A DNA stretch of 63,680 nt, filler included, from Aduncisulcus paluster (taxonomy: Eukaryota): assembly GCA_024181965.1 (NCBI GenBank). It is 44 parts of 44 records of this genome, joined end to end, with 100 filler letters (N's around TTAATTAATTAA, not from the genome) between each part and the next. Parts side by side here need not be neighbours in the genome. Positions count along the whole stretch, not along the records: positions 10,791 to 11,832 come from BQXS01010364.1; positions 11,933 to 13,190 come from BQXS01010365.1; positions 13,291 to 14,359 come from BQXS01010367.1; positions 14,460 to 15,477 come from BQXS01010369.1; positions 15,578 to 16,589 come from BQXS01010374.1; positions 16,690 to 17,771 come from BQXS01010375.1; positions 17,872 to 18,945 come from BQXS01010377.1; positions 19,046 to 20,058 come from BQXS01010383.1; 36 more parts are not named here. One strand, given 5' to 3'. Within the stretch, counting starts at the first letter, position 1. Every line of letters starts with the position of its first letter. Made by a program: the position numbers and the translations under genes. The notes under the pieces are model-generated. The model searched no databases, was not told the DNA's origin, and saw nothing but the letters and a program-made list of their open reading frames with translations. Shown here in pieces: positions 10,791 through 22,101 of this stretch.

Positions 10791-11327
10791 ACAGCAAAAC
10801 TAGTAAGTGAAGAGTCATTGGGGTTACGAAAAGTTGATTTGTACAATGAAAATACAGTAACACCAGATGAAACAAAATATAGTAAAGAGTATGCAGGAAG
10901 TGGGCATCTTATTAAAAGAGCATTTCAAGATGCACCGCCAATGATACCTCATGATACAGAAGGGATGTTACCAATTACAATTGACAACAACCAATGTGTA
11001 GGGTGTCATACCCCAGGTGTAGCAGAGAGTATGAATGCAACTCCAATTCCAAAATCGCACTTTACAAATTTTAGACCACATCATAAATTTGATGGGAAAA
11101 AATTTGAAAAAAGTATCGACAATATGAAAAATGAGATAGCTATTCAAGAGAAAGATGTTTTAGTAAATGCTCGATTTAATTGTAGTCAATGTCATGCACC
11201 ACAAAGTGAAGGACAGCTAGTTGAAAATACATTTAATGCTGAATTTACAAGCAAAGATGGTGCAACAAAATCAAGCTGGAGTGGGTCTAAACTTACAGAA
11301 GGTTTAGATACAATACTTGGTGAATAA
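10791..11327 (+). CDS. napB: Periplasmic nitrate reductase di-haem cytochrome c subunit, 5' truncated
   Basis: RAFQDAPPMIPH, NQCVGCH, RFNCSQCHAPQ. Confidence 0.95.
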   Translation, partial: TAKLVSEESLGLRKVDLYNENTVTPDETKYSKEYAGSGHLIKRAFQDAPPMIPHDTEGMLPITIDNNQCVGCHTPGVAESMNATPIPKSHFTNFRPHHKFDGKKFEKSIDNMKNEIAIQEKDVLVNARFNCSQCHAPQSEGQLVENTFNAEFTSKDGATKSSWSGSKLTEGLDTILGE

Positions 11328-11329
11328 CC

Positions 11330-11809
11330 ATGGATAGAAGAGAACTTTTTGGTTCTCTTTTTTCTTCAAAAGAAAAAGAGAAAAAACAAAGTGTAGTAAG
11401 ACCTCCATATTTTATAGATGAGGATTCTTTTCTTAAAGAGTGTATAGAATGTGATGGTATTTGTAGCACTTTTTGTGAAGAGAACATTATAGTAATACAA
11501 GAGAACAAAACACCAAAGTTGGATTTTACTGAAAGTGGCTGTACCTATTGTGATGAGTGTGCAAAAGCTTGCCCTAGTGATGTTTTAAAAGTTGAATATA
11601 AAAAAAATATAGCTCAAAAAATCGAGATAGATATACTCAAATGTATGAGTTGGCATGATACTATGTGTTTTTCATGTAAAGACCCATGTTTAGAAGATGC
11701 AATAGAGTTTTTGGGTATGTTTAGACCAAGTATTGTGGATGATAAATGTACTTCATGTGGATTTTGCATCAGTAGATGCCCAACACAAGCAATAATAATA
11801 AAGGATTAA
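11330..11809 (+). CDS. napF: Ferredoxin-type protein NapF
   Basis: MDRRELF start, VRPPY, four Cys clusters; directly after napB. Confidence 0.88.
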   Translation: MDRRELFGSLFSSKEKEKKQSVVRPPYFIDEDSFLKECIECDGICSTFCEENIIVIQENKTPKLDFTESGCTYCDECAKACPSDVLKVEYKKNIAQKIEIDILKCMSWHDTMCFSCKDPCLEDAIEFLGMFRPSIVDDKCTSCGFCISRCPTQAIIIKD

Positions 11810-11932
11810 AAAATGGCAGTAAAATTTACATCNNNNNNNNNNNNNNNNNNNNNNNNNNNNNNNNNNNNNNNNNNNNTTAATTAATTAANNNNNNNNNNNN
11901 NNNNNNNNNNNNNNNNNNNNNNNNNNNNNNNN

Positions 11933-12533
11933 CTTTTTTAATTTGTTGTTCTCTAAAGTCATTACCATTACCATCTTCATATTGGTCACCATTTTCAATA
12001 GAAGTAGAAAGTAGTAGTTTAAATTTATCACTTCCTCCACTTACTGTTGCACTTGCTTTTTTGTATCCGAAGCTTCCAGCATTTAAGTTTACTTCACCTT
12101 GAAATTCTTTTGATGGTTCTTTTGTTTTTACTTGAACAAGACCACTAAGTGTTCCAAAATTTTCTACATCATAAGGACCTTCTGTAACTTTTACACTTTC
12201 GATATTATTTGATAAAACATGTGAAGTAGGAGGATCCATTCTATTTGGACATGCACCATAAATTTTTGCATCATCTACTAAAATATTGATATTGTCTTTT
12301 TTCTGACCTCTTAAAATAATATCATTTGCAATACCACTTCGTCTAACAATAGAAACAGATGGTATGTTTTTTGATAATGCTTCAGCTAAATCTGCACTTT
12401 TAATCTCTTCAGTACTTACATCTGATACTATTTTATTATTTATCTTTTCAGATACCTCTATTTCCCCTAAATCTTGTGCTGCTGCATTCATTGCAACTAA
12501 GCACGCTAAAGATAGATAGATTTTTTTATTCAT
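11933..12533 (-). CDS. TonB-dependent receptor (OprC-like copper type), N-terminal part
   Basis: Signal peptide, plug domain with GACPNRMDPPTSH (CxxxM motif of OprC/NosA copper receptors), VTEGPYDV. Confidence 0.85.
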
Positions 12534-12578
12534 AAACTTTACCTTTTATTAAATTTTCAAGATAAAGAATATCTTTAA

Positions 12579-12605
12579 AGTGTTAATTAACTGTTAATCA
12601 ACACT
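12579..12605. promoter_or_regulatory. Candidate operator upstream of the TonB receptor: 13-1-13 inverted repeat that is also an 11-bp tandem repeat
   Basis: AGTGTTAATTAAC-T-GTTAATCAACACT, one mismatch; could also act as the glnD terminator. Confidence 0.45.
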
Positions 12606-12621
12606 CTAATTAAGTTTTTTT

Positions 12622-13190
12622 TTATTGCTTTGTAATAAGTTCCAAAATTTTTTCTTTATTATCACAAAAATGACTATCTCTTGAGATAAGGAAAAGATCA
12701 TTTGCTTTACCTCGTATAGATTGAATTTTTGCACTGTTTATCTCTACATCAAAATCATCAAAGGTTTTTGCAATATAAGAAAATAGCCCTTTTTGATCTT
12801 TAGTGTTTATTTTCATCAATGCTAAGCTTTTTGTATGATTACAGTCTATAAAAATTTCCTCTTTTAAGATCGTTGGTTTTTTTAGTTTGATATCTCTAGA
12901 CATATCAAAAGAGTCTGTAATAATCTCTTCAACAAAAGGTAAATCATCTTCATCTAATCTTTCATTAAAAGTTATTTCGAAAAACTTTTTATCATCAAAG
13001 AGTTTATAAATTCCCATTGAAACAATATTTAAAAATTGCATTTTTCCTAATAGATAACCCAAGTTTAAAGGAACAGCTCGCGTTATTTTAATAGAGAGTC
13101 TTTCTTTATTTGAAATAGTATAATCCCAATTTATAGCATTTTTTGCACGCTTTGCAATTTTAATAATATCTTCTGCCTTGTATTTTAAAT
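12622..13190 (-). CDS. glnD: [Protein-PII] uridylyltransferase-like protein, C-terminal ACT region
   Basis: IDCNHTKSLALMKINTKDQKGLFSYIAKTFDDFDVEINSAKI..ANDLFLI ACT domain typical of Campylobacterota GlnD. Confidence 0.75.
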
Positions 13191-13290
13191 NNNNNNNNNN
13201 NNNNNNNNNNNNNNNNNNNNNNNNNNNNNNNNNNTTAATTAATTAANNNNNNNNNNNNNNNNNNNNNNNNNNNNNNNNNNNNNNNNNNNN

Positions 13291-13433
13291 CAGGTCGCTG
13301 GGTGGAGGTACGTGGTGGGTGCGATTGCCAGAAAGAGTGTGCACATGGGTACTGCGATTACCAGGCGCCAGTCCGCATAAGGGTTTTTCGACAGGTACGG
13401 ACGTCGTCTACCGTCTTCGGTATGTTTGCCCAC
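13291..13433 (-). CDS. Hypothetical membrane/secreted protein, N-terminus (actinobacterial)
   Basis: MGKH start typical of actinobacterial proteins, then a hydrophobic stretch; 9 nt after the previous stop. Confidence 0.4.
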
Positions 13434-13442
13434 AGCGGCTGA

Positions 13443-14111
13443 CTATCGGGGCCCGGGCGGGAATGGATACGGGTACTGCGGTGGTGTTGGTTTGCGCCGC
13501 CGTGACGCCGTGATAATGAGCACGATGATTCCAGCGCCGGCAAGCGCGAGACCGGCGATGGGGCCTGCGAAAGTGGCTGTGATGGCGCCGGTTCCGGCGC
13601 GCGGACCTAGTCCGTAGGTTATGTCTGAGTAGCCGGCGCAGCTGATGGTGTAGTTGCCTGCCTGGTGGGCGCGCACCACGTAGAGCGCATGCCATTGGTT
13701 GATGCTCATGGAGCCGTCGTAGCGGCTGACGGTGGCATCGTTGTTGTTCTCGTCGCGGGCCATACAGCGTGTGTTCTGAGTCAGTCTCGGCACGGGTTCG
13801 ACATCGGCGACGTAGATGATCATCGAGTCACCTGAAGCGAATTGCGCAGTAGCAGAGCCGTTTGCGTCGAACTGGCTCGTGGGCCCTTTGAGGGCGTAGA
13901 CGAGTCCTGCGACGAACAAGCCGATGCCCCCGATCAGCCCAACCGCTGTCAGTGCTGCGCCGATGGCGTACCAGTAGCGCGGTGTCGGCCGGTGTGGCGC
14001 GGCGGGAGCAGGTGCGGGCCACTGCGGAGGAGGCGTCGGGCTCCAAGGATATGCGCCGGCGTGTGGCGGGGGTGGCTGTGTCCACGAAGCACCAGGATCG
14101 TTGTCTTGCAC
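13443..14111 (-). CDS. Proline-rich two-TM membrane protein (mycobacterial-type hypothetical)
   Basis: Pro-rich N-terminus, two hydrophobic helices flanking an extracellular domain with a Cys pair, Pro-rich tail. Confidence 0.75.
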   Translation of the reverse strand: MQDNDPGASWTQPPPPHAGAYPWSPTPPPQWPAPAPAAPHRPTPRYWYAIGAALTAVGLIGGIGLFVAGLVYALKGPTSQFDANGSATAQFASGDSMIIYVADVEPVPRLTQNTRCMARDENNNDATVSRYDGSMSINQWHALYVVRAHQAGNYTISCAGYSDITYGLGPRAGTGAITATFAGPIAGLALAGAGIIVLIITASRRRKPTPPQYPYPFPPGPR

Positions 14112-14180
14112 CGTGTAACCCCCGTTTTCATCCCGCCTGTTCAGAACATATATGAGAGTAGCTGACAGGTTGCTACCTGG

Positions 14181-14357
14181 TCATGGTTGAACGGTGCCGT
14201 TGTGCGGTGCGTGTGCGGATCCCGCGAGAAGTTGTGCCCGGGCTTCGAGCACTGAGGGATAGAGCCACCAGAACACGGCCATTGCTGCAAACGTACTGGC
14301 GCTGCTGAGCGTGGCGAAGGTGATTTTTGAACCGAAGGCTGAAGTGCCCAGTTGCAT
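14181..14357 (-). CDS. C-terminus of a membrane protein (possibly a transporter)
   Basis: Manual translation MQLGTSAFGSKITFATLSSASTFAAMAVFWWLYP..; open to the segment edge. Confidence 0.35.
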   Translation of the reverse strand: MQLGTSAFGSKITFATLSSASTFAAMAVFWWLYPSVLEARAQLLAGSAHAPHNGTVQP

Positions 14358-14459
14358 AANNNNNNNNNNNNNNNNNNNNNNNNNNNNNNNNNNNNNNNNN
14401 NNNTTAATTAATTAANNNNNNNNNNNNNNNNNNNNNNNNNNNNNNNNNNNNNNNNNNNN

Positions 14460-15477
14460 ATTATAGAGATCTTCAAATTCGTTTTCATCTAAAAAATTTC
14501 CATATTTATTTTGTGTATTCACAAATGCTTTTTCTAAACTTTTTGTATCAAAATTTTTCATCATCTCCAAACAATAGTGTGTCGCTATACCAAAATATCG
14601 TGCCTTTAAACTACCTATACTATTATCTTGAGTAGATTTCGATTTCTCTTGATAGCCTAGATTTAATGGCTTATACTCAACATCTTCTTCACTATTTCTT
14701 ACTTTTTTATGCACTATCTCTTTATGCAAACTCCCTATAGTTTTTAAAGGAAAATCTCCTAACAAATCAAAAACACTATTTTTCTCTTTTTTTAGAACTA
14801 TCATATTGTTTTTTGCTCTTGTTAAAGCTACATATAAAATATTGAGTTCGTCAGCTACGACAAGTTTTTTTTCTTTATTGACAGCTTCTTCATAAAATCT
14901 ATCTAGGTTTTCCCTTTTTGATCTTTTGTAAAATATCTTTTTTAAATCGATATCATCATATTCAAAAAGCAAAGAGCCTCTATCAGGGTTTTTTTTCGTA
15001 ACTCTATCAAGTACAATTACTGTATCAAACTCTAAACCTTTTGATTTGAAGACTGTTAAAATAGAGATTCCATTTTGTGCTTGTGATACAATTGAGGTAT
15101 CATCTTTACTACTATCATATACAAAGTCTACAATAGTATCATACGATACAGACAACTCTATAAAACGGATAACATTATCATCAACTATATCAAAATGATA
15201 TGCCACTTTTTTAAGCAGTGTCACTACATCAATATTAGATATATCAACGAAATATTCAAACTGTGTAAAATACTCTTTTCCTACAAGTGTATTGAAATTT
15301 ACCCTATAGATATCTTCTTTAAAATAGATATATTTTATAGCATTGATGAGTGCTTTTACATTTGTTTGATTGATAAGTTTAGAGGTCATCTCCGTTACCA
15401 CTTCAAGTTGTGGATTTTTTTGTTTAAAATATTCATAAATAGCTAAAACATCTGCATTTGTATAGGTAAGTATTGCT
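14460..15477 (-). CDS. addA: RecB/AddA-like helicase-nuclease, internal fragment
   Basis: ILTVFKSKGLEFDTVIV (motif V), ELNILYVALTRAK (motif VI), FGIATHYCLE start of the nuclease domain. Confidence 0.85.
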
Positions 15478-15577
15478 NNNNNNNNNNNNNNNNNNNNNNN
15501 NNNNNNNNNNNNNNNNNNNNNTTAATTAATTAANNNNNNNNNNNNNNNNNNNNNNNNNNNNNNNNNNNNNNNNNNNN

Positions 15578-16589
15578 TACAAAAGAAGTTATCATAAGTG
15601 ATTTGATAGCACCAAATATAGATAGAATCGGTTGTTTCTTACCCTACACTGCTTTACATCATTTGTTATTTCAGTACTTAGATAATCCTATAGTAGCTTC
15701 TAGTGCAAACATGGCGGGAGAACCTATCATCACAACAAAAGAAGATATAGTTAATAAACTTTCATTTGTAGAGTATATAGTAGATTTTAATCGTGAGATA
15801 ATAAATGCTGTTGATGATAGTGTGGTACAAGTTATAAATAGTGATATTCAACTCTTACGAGCAGGTCGTGGATATACTCCTACAGTAATAAAACTCAAAA
15901 AGAAAATAGACAAAAAGATTTTAGCCGTTGGAGCAAATGCTAAAAATACTATCTCTATTGCTTTTGATGATACCATTATAGTTAGTCCTTATATAGGGGA
16001 TTTGGATTCGATAGTGGCTTTTGAGTATTTTAAAAGAACAGTTGAAACTTTTAAAAACTTTTATGATTTTGAGCCAGATATTATCGTACATGATAAACAT
16101 CCAAGTTATGAAACAACAAAATGGGCAAAACAACAAAATATTCAGCTTATAGAAGTACAACATCACTTAGCACATATCTATGCTACAAAAGCAGAATTTA
16201 CACTTGAAAATAAAGAGTATGTAGGTTTTAGTTTTGATGGAACTGGATATGGGGAAGACAAAACTTTATGGGGTGGTGAAATTTTTGTAAATGATGAAAG
16301 AAAATATCACTTTAAACCTATAAAACTTTTAGGTGGTGTAAAAGCGATAAAAGAGCCAAGGCGTGTTGCCCTTTCTATGTTATTTGAAAAGTATACTTTA
16401 GATGAGGTATTAGCTCTTGATATTGATACTGTAAACTCATTTAAAGATTACGAAATAAAAATGCTACATAACAGTTATATGAAAAATTTAAATGCACCAT
16501 TGAGTAGTTCTGTTGGAAGAATATTTGATGGTATTGCAAGTTTAGCTGGACTTTTACAAATTCAAAGCTATGAAGGTGAAGCTGGATTA
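15578..16589 (+). CDS. hypF: Hydrogenase maturation carbamoyltransferase, internal fragment
   Basis: LPYTALHHLL, SANMAGEPI, VDDSVV, DKHPSY, VQHHLAH, FDGTGYG, SSSVGRIFD, YEGEAG. Confidence 0.96.
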
Positions 16590-16690
16590 NNNNNNNNNNN
16601 NNNNNNNNNNNNNNNNNNNNNNNNNNNNNNNNNTTAATTAATTAANNNNNNNNNNNNNNNNNNNNNNNNNNNNNNNNNNNNNNNNNNNNT

Positions 16691-16903
16691 AAAGAAGCAA
16701 AACTCTATTTAAAAAGAGTTTTACTAGAAGAAGATATAACTTATGGTGAATTATCTACTAAATTACAAGCAGCAGGATTTGAATATTCTATGGATAGTAT
16801 AAGAACTAAAATAAATCGTGGTAGATTTGATTTTGCATTTGTTTTACAAGTTTGTGAAGTGCTTAATTATAAAACAGTAATCTCTAAAAATCATCAATCA
16901 TAA
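16691..16903 (+). CDS. DUF6471-like small HTH protein, 5' truncated (not in the ORF track)
   Basis: Manual translation KEAKLYLKRVLLEEDITYGELSTKLQAAGFEYSMDSIRTKINRGRFDFAFVLQVCEVL; TYxELxxxL and KINRGxF pattern. Confidence 0.75.
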   Translation, partial: KEAKLYLKRVLLEEDITYGELSTKLQAAGFEYSMDSIRTKINRGRFDFAFVLQVCEVLNYKTVISKNHQS

Positions 16904-17569
16904 AGCTATAGTTTTATCAGGTCTGGAATGATCCTAAACTCTCTATCGCTTTGAGATCATAAAAGTAAAAAACATCTTGAAGTTATCAAGCCATTTACAC
17001 TCAGGCTAAATATGAAGAACTTGTCGATACAAAATTTTTAAAACCATTCTCTAGATACAATCAAGTAAAGAGGAGATTGGACTCAAACAAATATTATAAC
17101 GATAAGTTCATCATCGATAAAGCTTATGCAAAATATCTTCACAATAAAAGAATTGTTTGTATCATATGGAATCAAAAACAAAATACTACAATCAACTTCT
17201 TCAGAAAAGATATAAAATTGGAAAATTTGGTATTAAATTTAAAAACTGTCAAAGAGATAAATAAAACAAAAAAAGTTTTTAGTTTATTTATCACTTGCAT
17301 GAAATGGTGGCTATATTTTACTCTTTAATTTGTCATCCTATATTATATAAATCTTTTTCGTGCTAAATAGGTTCTAAAATCGCTTTTAATAGCCCAAATT
17401 CTTCTTTTAAGATGTTTTTCATATAAAGTCATACCTTGTGATAAATAAGTACACAGAGACACTCTATGGGTTTTTTATTTAAAATAGACTAAAAATCATC
17501 CTAAACATATCAAATAAATTTGCTTATTGTAATTTATTACAATTAAAGTATTAAGATTTTACTATATTT

Positions 17570-17600
17570 TACTATAATAGTAAATATTACTATTATAGTA
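17570..17600. repeat. Perfect 14-bp inverted repeat with a 3-nt loop in an AT-rich non-coding region
   Basis: TACTATAATAGTAA-ATA-TTACTATTATAGTA. Confidence 0.8.
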
Positions 17601-17872
17601 TACAGAAATTTATTGTAAAATAATAGCTGATTTTATCCAATAATTTATAACTTTTTCGTAAAATTATCGAATTTTATTTGATAATTTAAGAGTTAAAAAA
17701 GCTACTTTTAGCTCTTAATATTTGCTTAAAAATAGCTTTAATTGATACTTAATATATTGTGAAATTTGATANNNNNNNNNNNNNNNNNNNNNNNNNNNNN
17801 NNNNNNNNNNNNNNNTTAATTAATTAANNNNNNNNNNNNNNNNNNNNNNNNNNNNNNNNNNNNNNNNNNNNT

Positions 17873-18148
17873 GATTTACCAAGAGGAAGTTCTGATTATG
17901 TTCATAGAATCGGACGAACTGGACGAGCTGGAAAAGAGGGCGTTGCTATATCTTTTATTGGTTTAGAAGATTTTGAACATTTTAACTTAATAGAAAAAAA
18001 AGTAAATATCTCTTTAGAAAAAGAGGAGATACAAGGGTATGAATTAGAAGGTGTTCCTATTTTAAAAGAGAAAGGAAAAGCTCCAATAAAAGGGAAAAGA
18101 AAAAGTAAAAAAGACAAACTACGAGAAGCACAAAATAAAAAGTCTTAA
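17873..18148 (+). CDS. DEAD-box RNA helicase, C-terminus (not in the ORF track)
   Basis: [20 protein letters not shown] (motif VI) and basic tail [13 protein letters not shown]. Confidence 0.93.
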   Translation, partial: DLPRGSSDYVHRIGRTGRAGKEGVAISFIGLEDFEHFNLIEKKVNISLEKEEIQGYELEGVPILKEKGKAPIKGKRKSKKDKLREAQNKKS

Positions 18149-18764
18149 AAAACACACAAAGGCCTTCTCTCTTTTAGAGATTGTTTTTGTACTCATTATT
18201 TTAGGAATAATCTTATCTCTTAGCGTTCCTAAAAATCAAATCTCAAAGCTAAATCTTGCAACACAAAAAATTATTTTATATCTAAACTATACTAGGTATA
18301 TAGCTCATATTGATAATAAATTTGATATCAGTGATGATGAATGGAAGAAAAGACTTTGGACTTTGAAGTTTTTAAATTGTCAAAGTAGTATAGGTGGTTT
18401 GTATTATAATGTGTATAGTGATACACAAGGTGGAACAGGACATTTTGAAAAAGAAGATACACTTTTAGACCCTTTGAACAATAAATATCTTTATTCAAAT
18501 CAATGTAAAGAAGATACTGTAGGGGATAAAAGTAAACATGTCCTTTTGACAAAAGAGTATGGTATATCCAAAGTTGATGTGAGTTGTAATACAACATCAA
18601 CCATAGGACAGATTAGTTTTGGATATGATGGAAAAATATATTCACAACTTGGAAAGAATATAAAAGAGATAACAACACCTTGTGAAATAAAGTTATTTAA
18701 TGAAAAAGATAAATTTACTACAATAATGGTTGAGCCAAAAACTGGCTATATACATAAAATTTAA
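18135..18764 (+). CDS. Prepilin-type N-terminal cleavage/methylation protein (pseudopilin); start codon uncertain
   Basis: The frame of the tracked ORF stays open upstream and reads [22 protein letters not shown], a class III signal peptide. Confidence 0.8.
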   Translation: MKSLKKHTKAFSLLEIVFVLIILGIILSLSVPKNQISKLNLATQKIILYLNYTRYIAHIDNKFDISDDEWKKRLWTLKFLNCQSSIGGLYYNVYSDTQGGTGHFEKEDTLLDPLNNKYLYSNQCKEDTVGDKSKHVLLTKEYGISKVDVSCNTTSTIGQISFGYDGKIYSQLGKNIKEITTPCEIKLFNEKDKFTTIMVEPKTGYIHKI

Positions 18765-18809
18765 ACTATCATTTGGTATAATCGCGGGATACAATATAAA
18801 GGAATCCCT

Positions 18810-18945
18810 TTGCATAATTTTGAAAAATATCCATTTGAACGACTCAATGAATTATTAGAAAATGTTACACCAAATTCTAATTATGAATTAAGTAGTTTGA
18901 CAATAGGTGAACCACAATTTAACACTCCTGATTTTATTCAAGAGG
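18810..18945 (+). CDS. dapC: Succinyldiaminopimelate transaminase, N-terminus
   Basis: AAAGGA RBS, TTG start, FEKYPFERLNELL..LTIGEPQF. Confidence 0.75.
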
Positions 18946-19047
18946 NNNNNNNNNNNNNNNNNNNNNNNNNNNNNNNNNNNNNNNNNNNNTTAATTAATTA
19001 ANNNNNNNNNNNNNNNNNNNNNNNNNNNNNNNNNNNNNNNNNNNNTT

Positions 19048-20058
19048 ACTAATTACAATAGCGATTTATTAGTTCAAATTTTTACAAGTGTAAATAATCA
19101 AGAGTACATACTTTATTTAAGAGATGAAGTACTTTCCTTTCTTCCAAATGCAAAAATCATTGGAACAACAACAAATGGTGAGATCTCTATGAATGGTTCT
19201 TTGACCCATTCAACAGTTATATCTGTTTCTGTATTTGAGCAAACAAAAATTGTTACAACACTTGTTTCTACTAAAACAAATAGTTTTGATAATGGGAAAG
19301 AGATTATAGAAACGCTCAATCAACAAAAAAGTTTAAAACTTCTAGTTACTTTTACAGATGGATTAAATACAAATGGGGAAGAATATTTAAAAGGTATCTC
19401 TTCAGTAAACAACAAAATAGTTGTAGCAGGTGGAATGGCTGGTGACTACTCAAAATTTGAAAACACTTTAGTGTTTAATGAAACACAAATTACCAGTAAT
19501 GGTGCTGTAGCTGCTGCTTTTTATAATGAAAACTTAAATATACATACAGAATACAGTTTCAACTGGGAAACTGTAGGGAAAAAACATAAAATAGACAAAT
19601 CTCTAAAAAATAGAGTATATCAAATTTCAGGTCGAACTGCTGTAGATTTTTATAAACACTATTTAGGGGAAGATGTAGATAAATTACTTCCTGCTATTGG
19701 AGTAGAATTTCCACTTGTAAGCAATGTTGATGGAGTAAATATTGCTCGAGCAGCTTTGATAAAACACGATGATGGAAGTTTAAGTTTTGCAGGGAATGTT
19801 GAAGAGGGAAGTGAAGTTCAACTAGGGCATGGAGATGTTCAACTTATCATCAAAAAAGGTTTAGATAATATAAAAAATATTATTAAGTCCCCAATAGAAT
19901 CAATTTTTATCTATTCATGTATGGCAAGAAAAGGACTACTGAAAGAAGATATAAATTTTGAAATATTGCCACTTAAGGAGATTGCTCCTATTAGTGGTTT
20001 TTTTGCGTATGGTGAATTTTTTAATAATCTTGAAAAAGATGAAAATCAAGCAAAACTT
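19048..20058 (+). CDS. FIST-domain signal transduction protein, fragment
   Basis: IIGTTTNGEI, FTDGLNTNGE, VAGGMAGD, IYSCMAR, GFFAYGEF. Confidence 0.9.
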
Positions 20059-20158
20059 NNNNNNNNNNNNNNNNNNNNNNNNNNNNNNNNNNNNNNNNNN
20101 NNTTAATTAATTAANNNNNNNNNNNNNNNNNNNNNNNNNNNNNNNNNNNNNNNNNNNN

Positions 20159-20930
20159 TTGGTTTTGCAATTTTTACTATCTCTTCATACTCTTCACCCA
20201 TACCTATGACTACTAAAGTTTTATCAGGCATCTCATTGAAAGCTTCCACTATAAGTTTAGTTTTTTTATAAGGAACCAATCTTGATGCTGTCAGATAAAA
20301 ATCTTGCTTGTTCTTCCTTAAAGAAAAAGCACTGGTATCTACAGGTGGATATATCACTTTTGAATCTCTATGATAAGTTTTTTGAATACGATTTGATACA
20401 AAATCAGAATTTGCAATAAAATAATCAACTCGGTCACTAGTGTTTAAGTCCCATTTTCGTATATAGTCTAAACTTTTCTCCACCAAAAACTTTTTGGGTT
20501 GTGTTAGATTTGAGGTATACTCTTCATACAGATCCCAAGCATACCGTATGGGAGTATGACAATATGATATATGAAGTTGATTTGTGTGTTTTTTGATACC
20601 CTTAGCTACAGCCCATGAAGATGATATGATCAAGTCATAAGCTTCTAAGTCCAAACTCTCTATCGCTTTAGGAAAAAAAGGTAAATAGTTTCTAAAATGT
20701 GTTTTGGCAAATGGTAAGTTTTGGATAAAAGAGTTCTTTGTATCTTTCCCTTTTATCACGACTTTTCTTTCATCATCACTCAAAAAATCTACAAGAGAAA
20801 ATATATCCGCATCAGGATAAACATCAACCAAAGCTCTCAAAACCTTTTCCGCTCCTGCATTTGTAACTAACCAGTCGTGTACTATTGCTACTGTATACTT
20901 CATACTTTGTTCACTTCGTTCTTGCATCAA
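20159..20930 (-). CDS. Glycosyltransferase family 4 (WbaZ-like), 3' truncated
   Basis: VAIVHDWLVTNAGAEKVL, YCHTPIRYAWD, VIYPPVD, ASRLVPYK. Confidence 0.92.
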
Positions 20931-22001
20931 AGAGCCAATAGCTCCAATAACTTTGACTGATACTCTAAAGCAGTTATTTTATCGATAGCCTCAAATCTTG
21001 TCACTAGTTTTGGGGTAGTGTTACTAGCGCGGACAAGTCCCCAACCATTTTCAAAAACTACTCGTACACCATCAACTGTGATGATATCTTTTATCTTTGG
21101 AAAATTTTCTGGTGGATTTTGTAGCTTGATTTTTAACTCATCTATGATTTGGAACTTTTTTTCCTCTGTTGTATCTATAGTTATCTCATCTGTTGAAAAG
21201 AGTTGTGGAAGTTTTTCAAATTCTAAGTCATAGTCAAATCCATCATGAAGTAACTCTAAAGCTCGTAGTGTTGAATATATAGCATCATCATATCCAAAGT
21301 ACCTATCATTGAAAAAAATATGTCCTGAAACTTCTGCTGCAAAGCTTGCGTTTGTTTCTTTTATCTTAACTTTTAGGTTACTATGTCCTGTTTTGTACAT
21401 GATAGCTTTGCCGTACTCATTTATCTTATCGTACATAATTTGGCTACATTTCACTTCTCCTATTACTGTAGGATTTGGTATAAATCTTGAGAAAAAGAGT
21501 GCTAAAACATCGCCTTTGAAATTATACTTTTGTGTTAATACAGCTATACGGTCAGCATCACCATCATAAGCAAACCCTAGGTCATAGTTTCCTGTGTTTA
21601 GTTCTTTTTGGATATCTTGTAAGTTGTGTGCATCACTAGGATCGGGATGATGATTTGGAAATGTTCCATTTGGTGTTTCATACATGATATGATGATTGAT
21701 ATGAAGTCTATCTAATATCTCTCTTAGAACCGTACCTGCAACTCCGTTTCCACAATCAAAAACAAACTTTTTATCTTTTAGATCTAAATGTTTAAACTCA
21801 TCTACTAAATAATCTATATATTCTTTTTTTGTATCTATTTTTATTGTTTGAGTATTGTCGTCTATCTCTATATCACTTTCTATTATCTTATCACCTAAAG
21901 CATAGATATCCTCACCAAAAAAGGGAGTTTGGTCTAGTGTGATTTTGAAGCCATTGTACTCTGGAGGATTGTGAGAACCTGTTATCATAATAGAAGCAGA
22001 T
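20927..22001 (-). CDS. Phosphomannomutase/phosphoglucomutase, 5' truncated
   Basis: ITGSHNP catalytic Ser loop, DGDADR metal loop, AEVSGH, VRASNTTP. Confidence 0.95.
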
Positions 22002-22101
22002 NNNNNNNNNNNNNNNNNNNNNNNNNNNNNNNNNNNNNNNNNNNNTTAATTAATTAANNNNNNNNNNNNNNNNNNNNNNNNNNNNNNNNNNNNNNNNNNN
22101 N

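Noticed and set aside
17077-17328. 83-aa ORF as a gene or transposase remnant
   Set aside because: No recognisable motif; cannot be supported without a search
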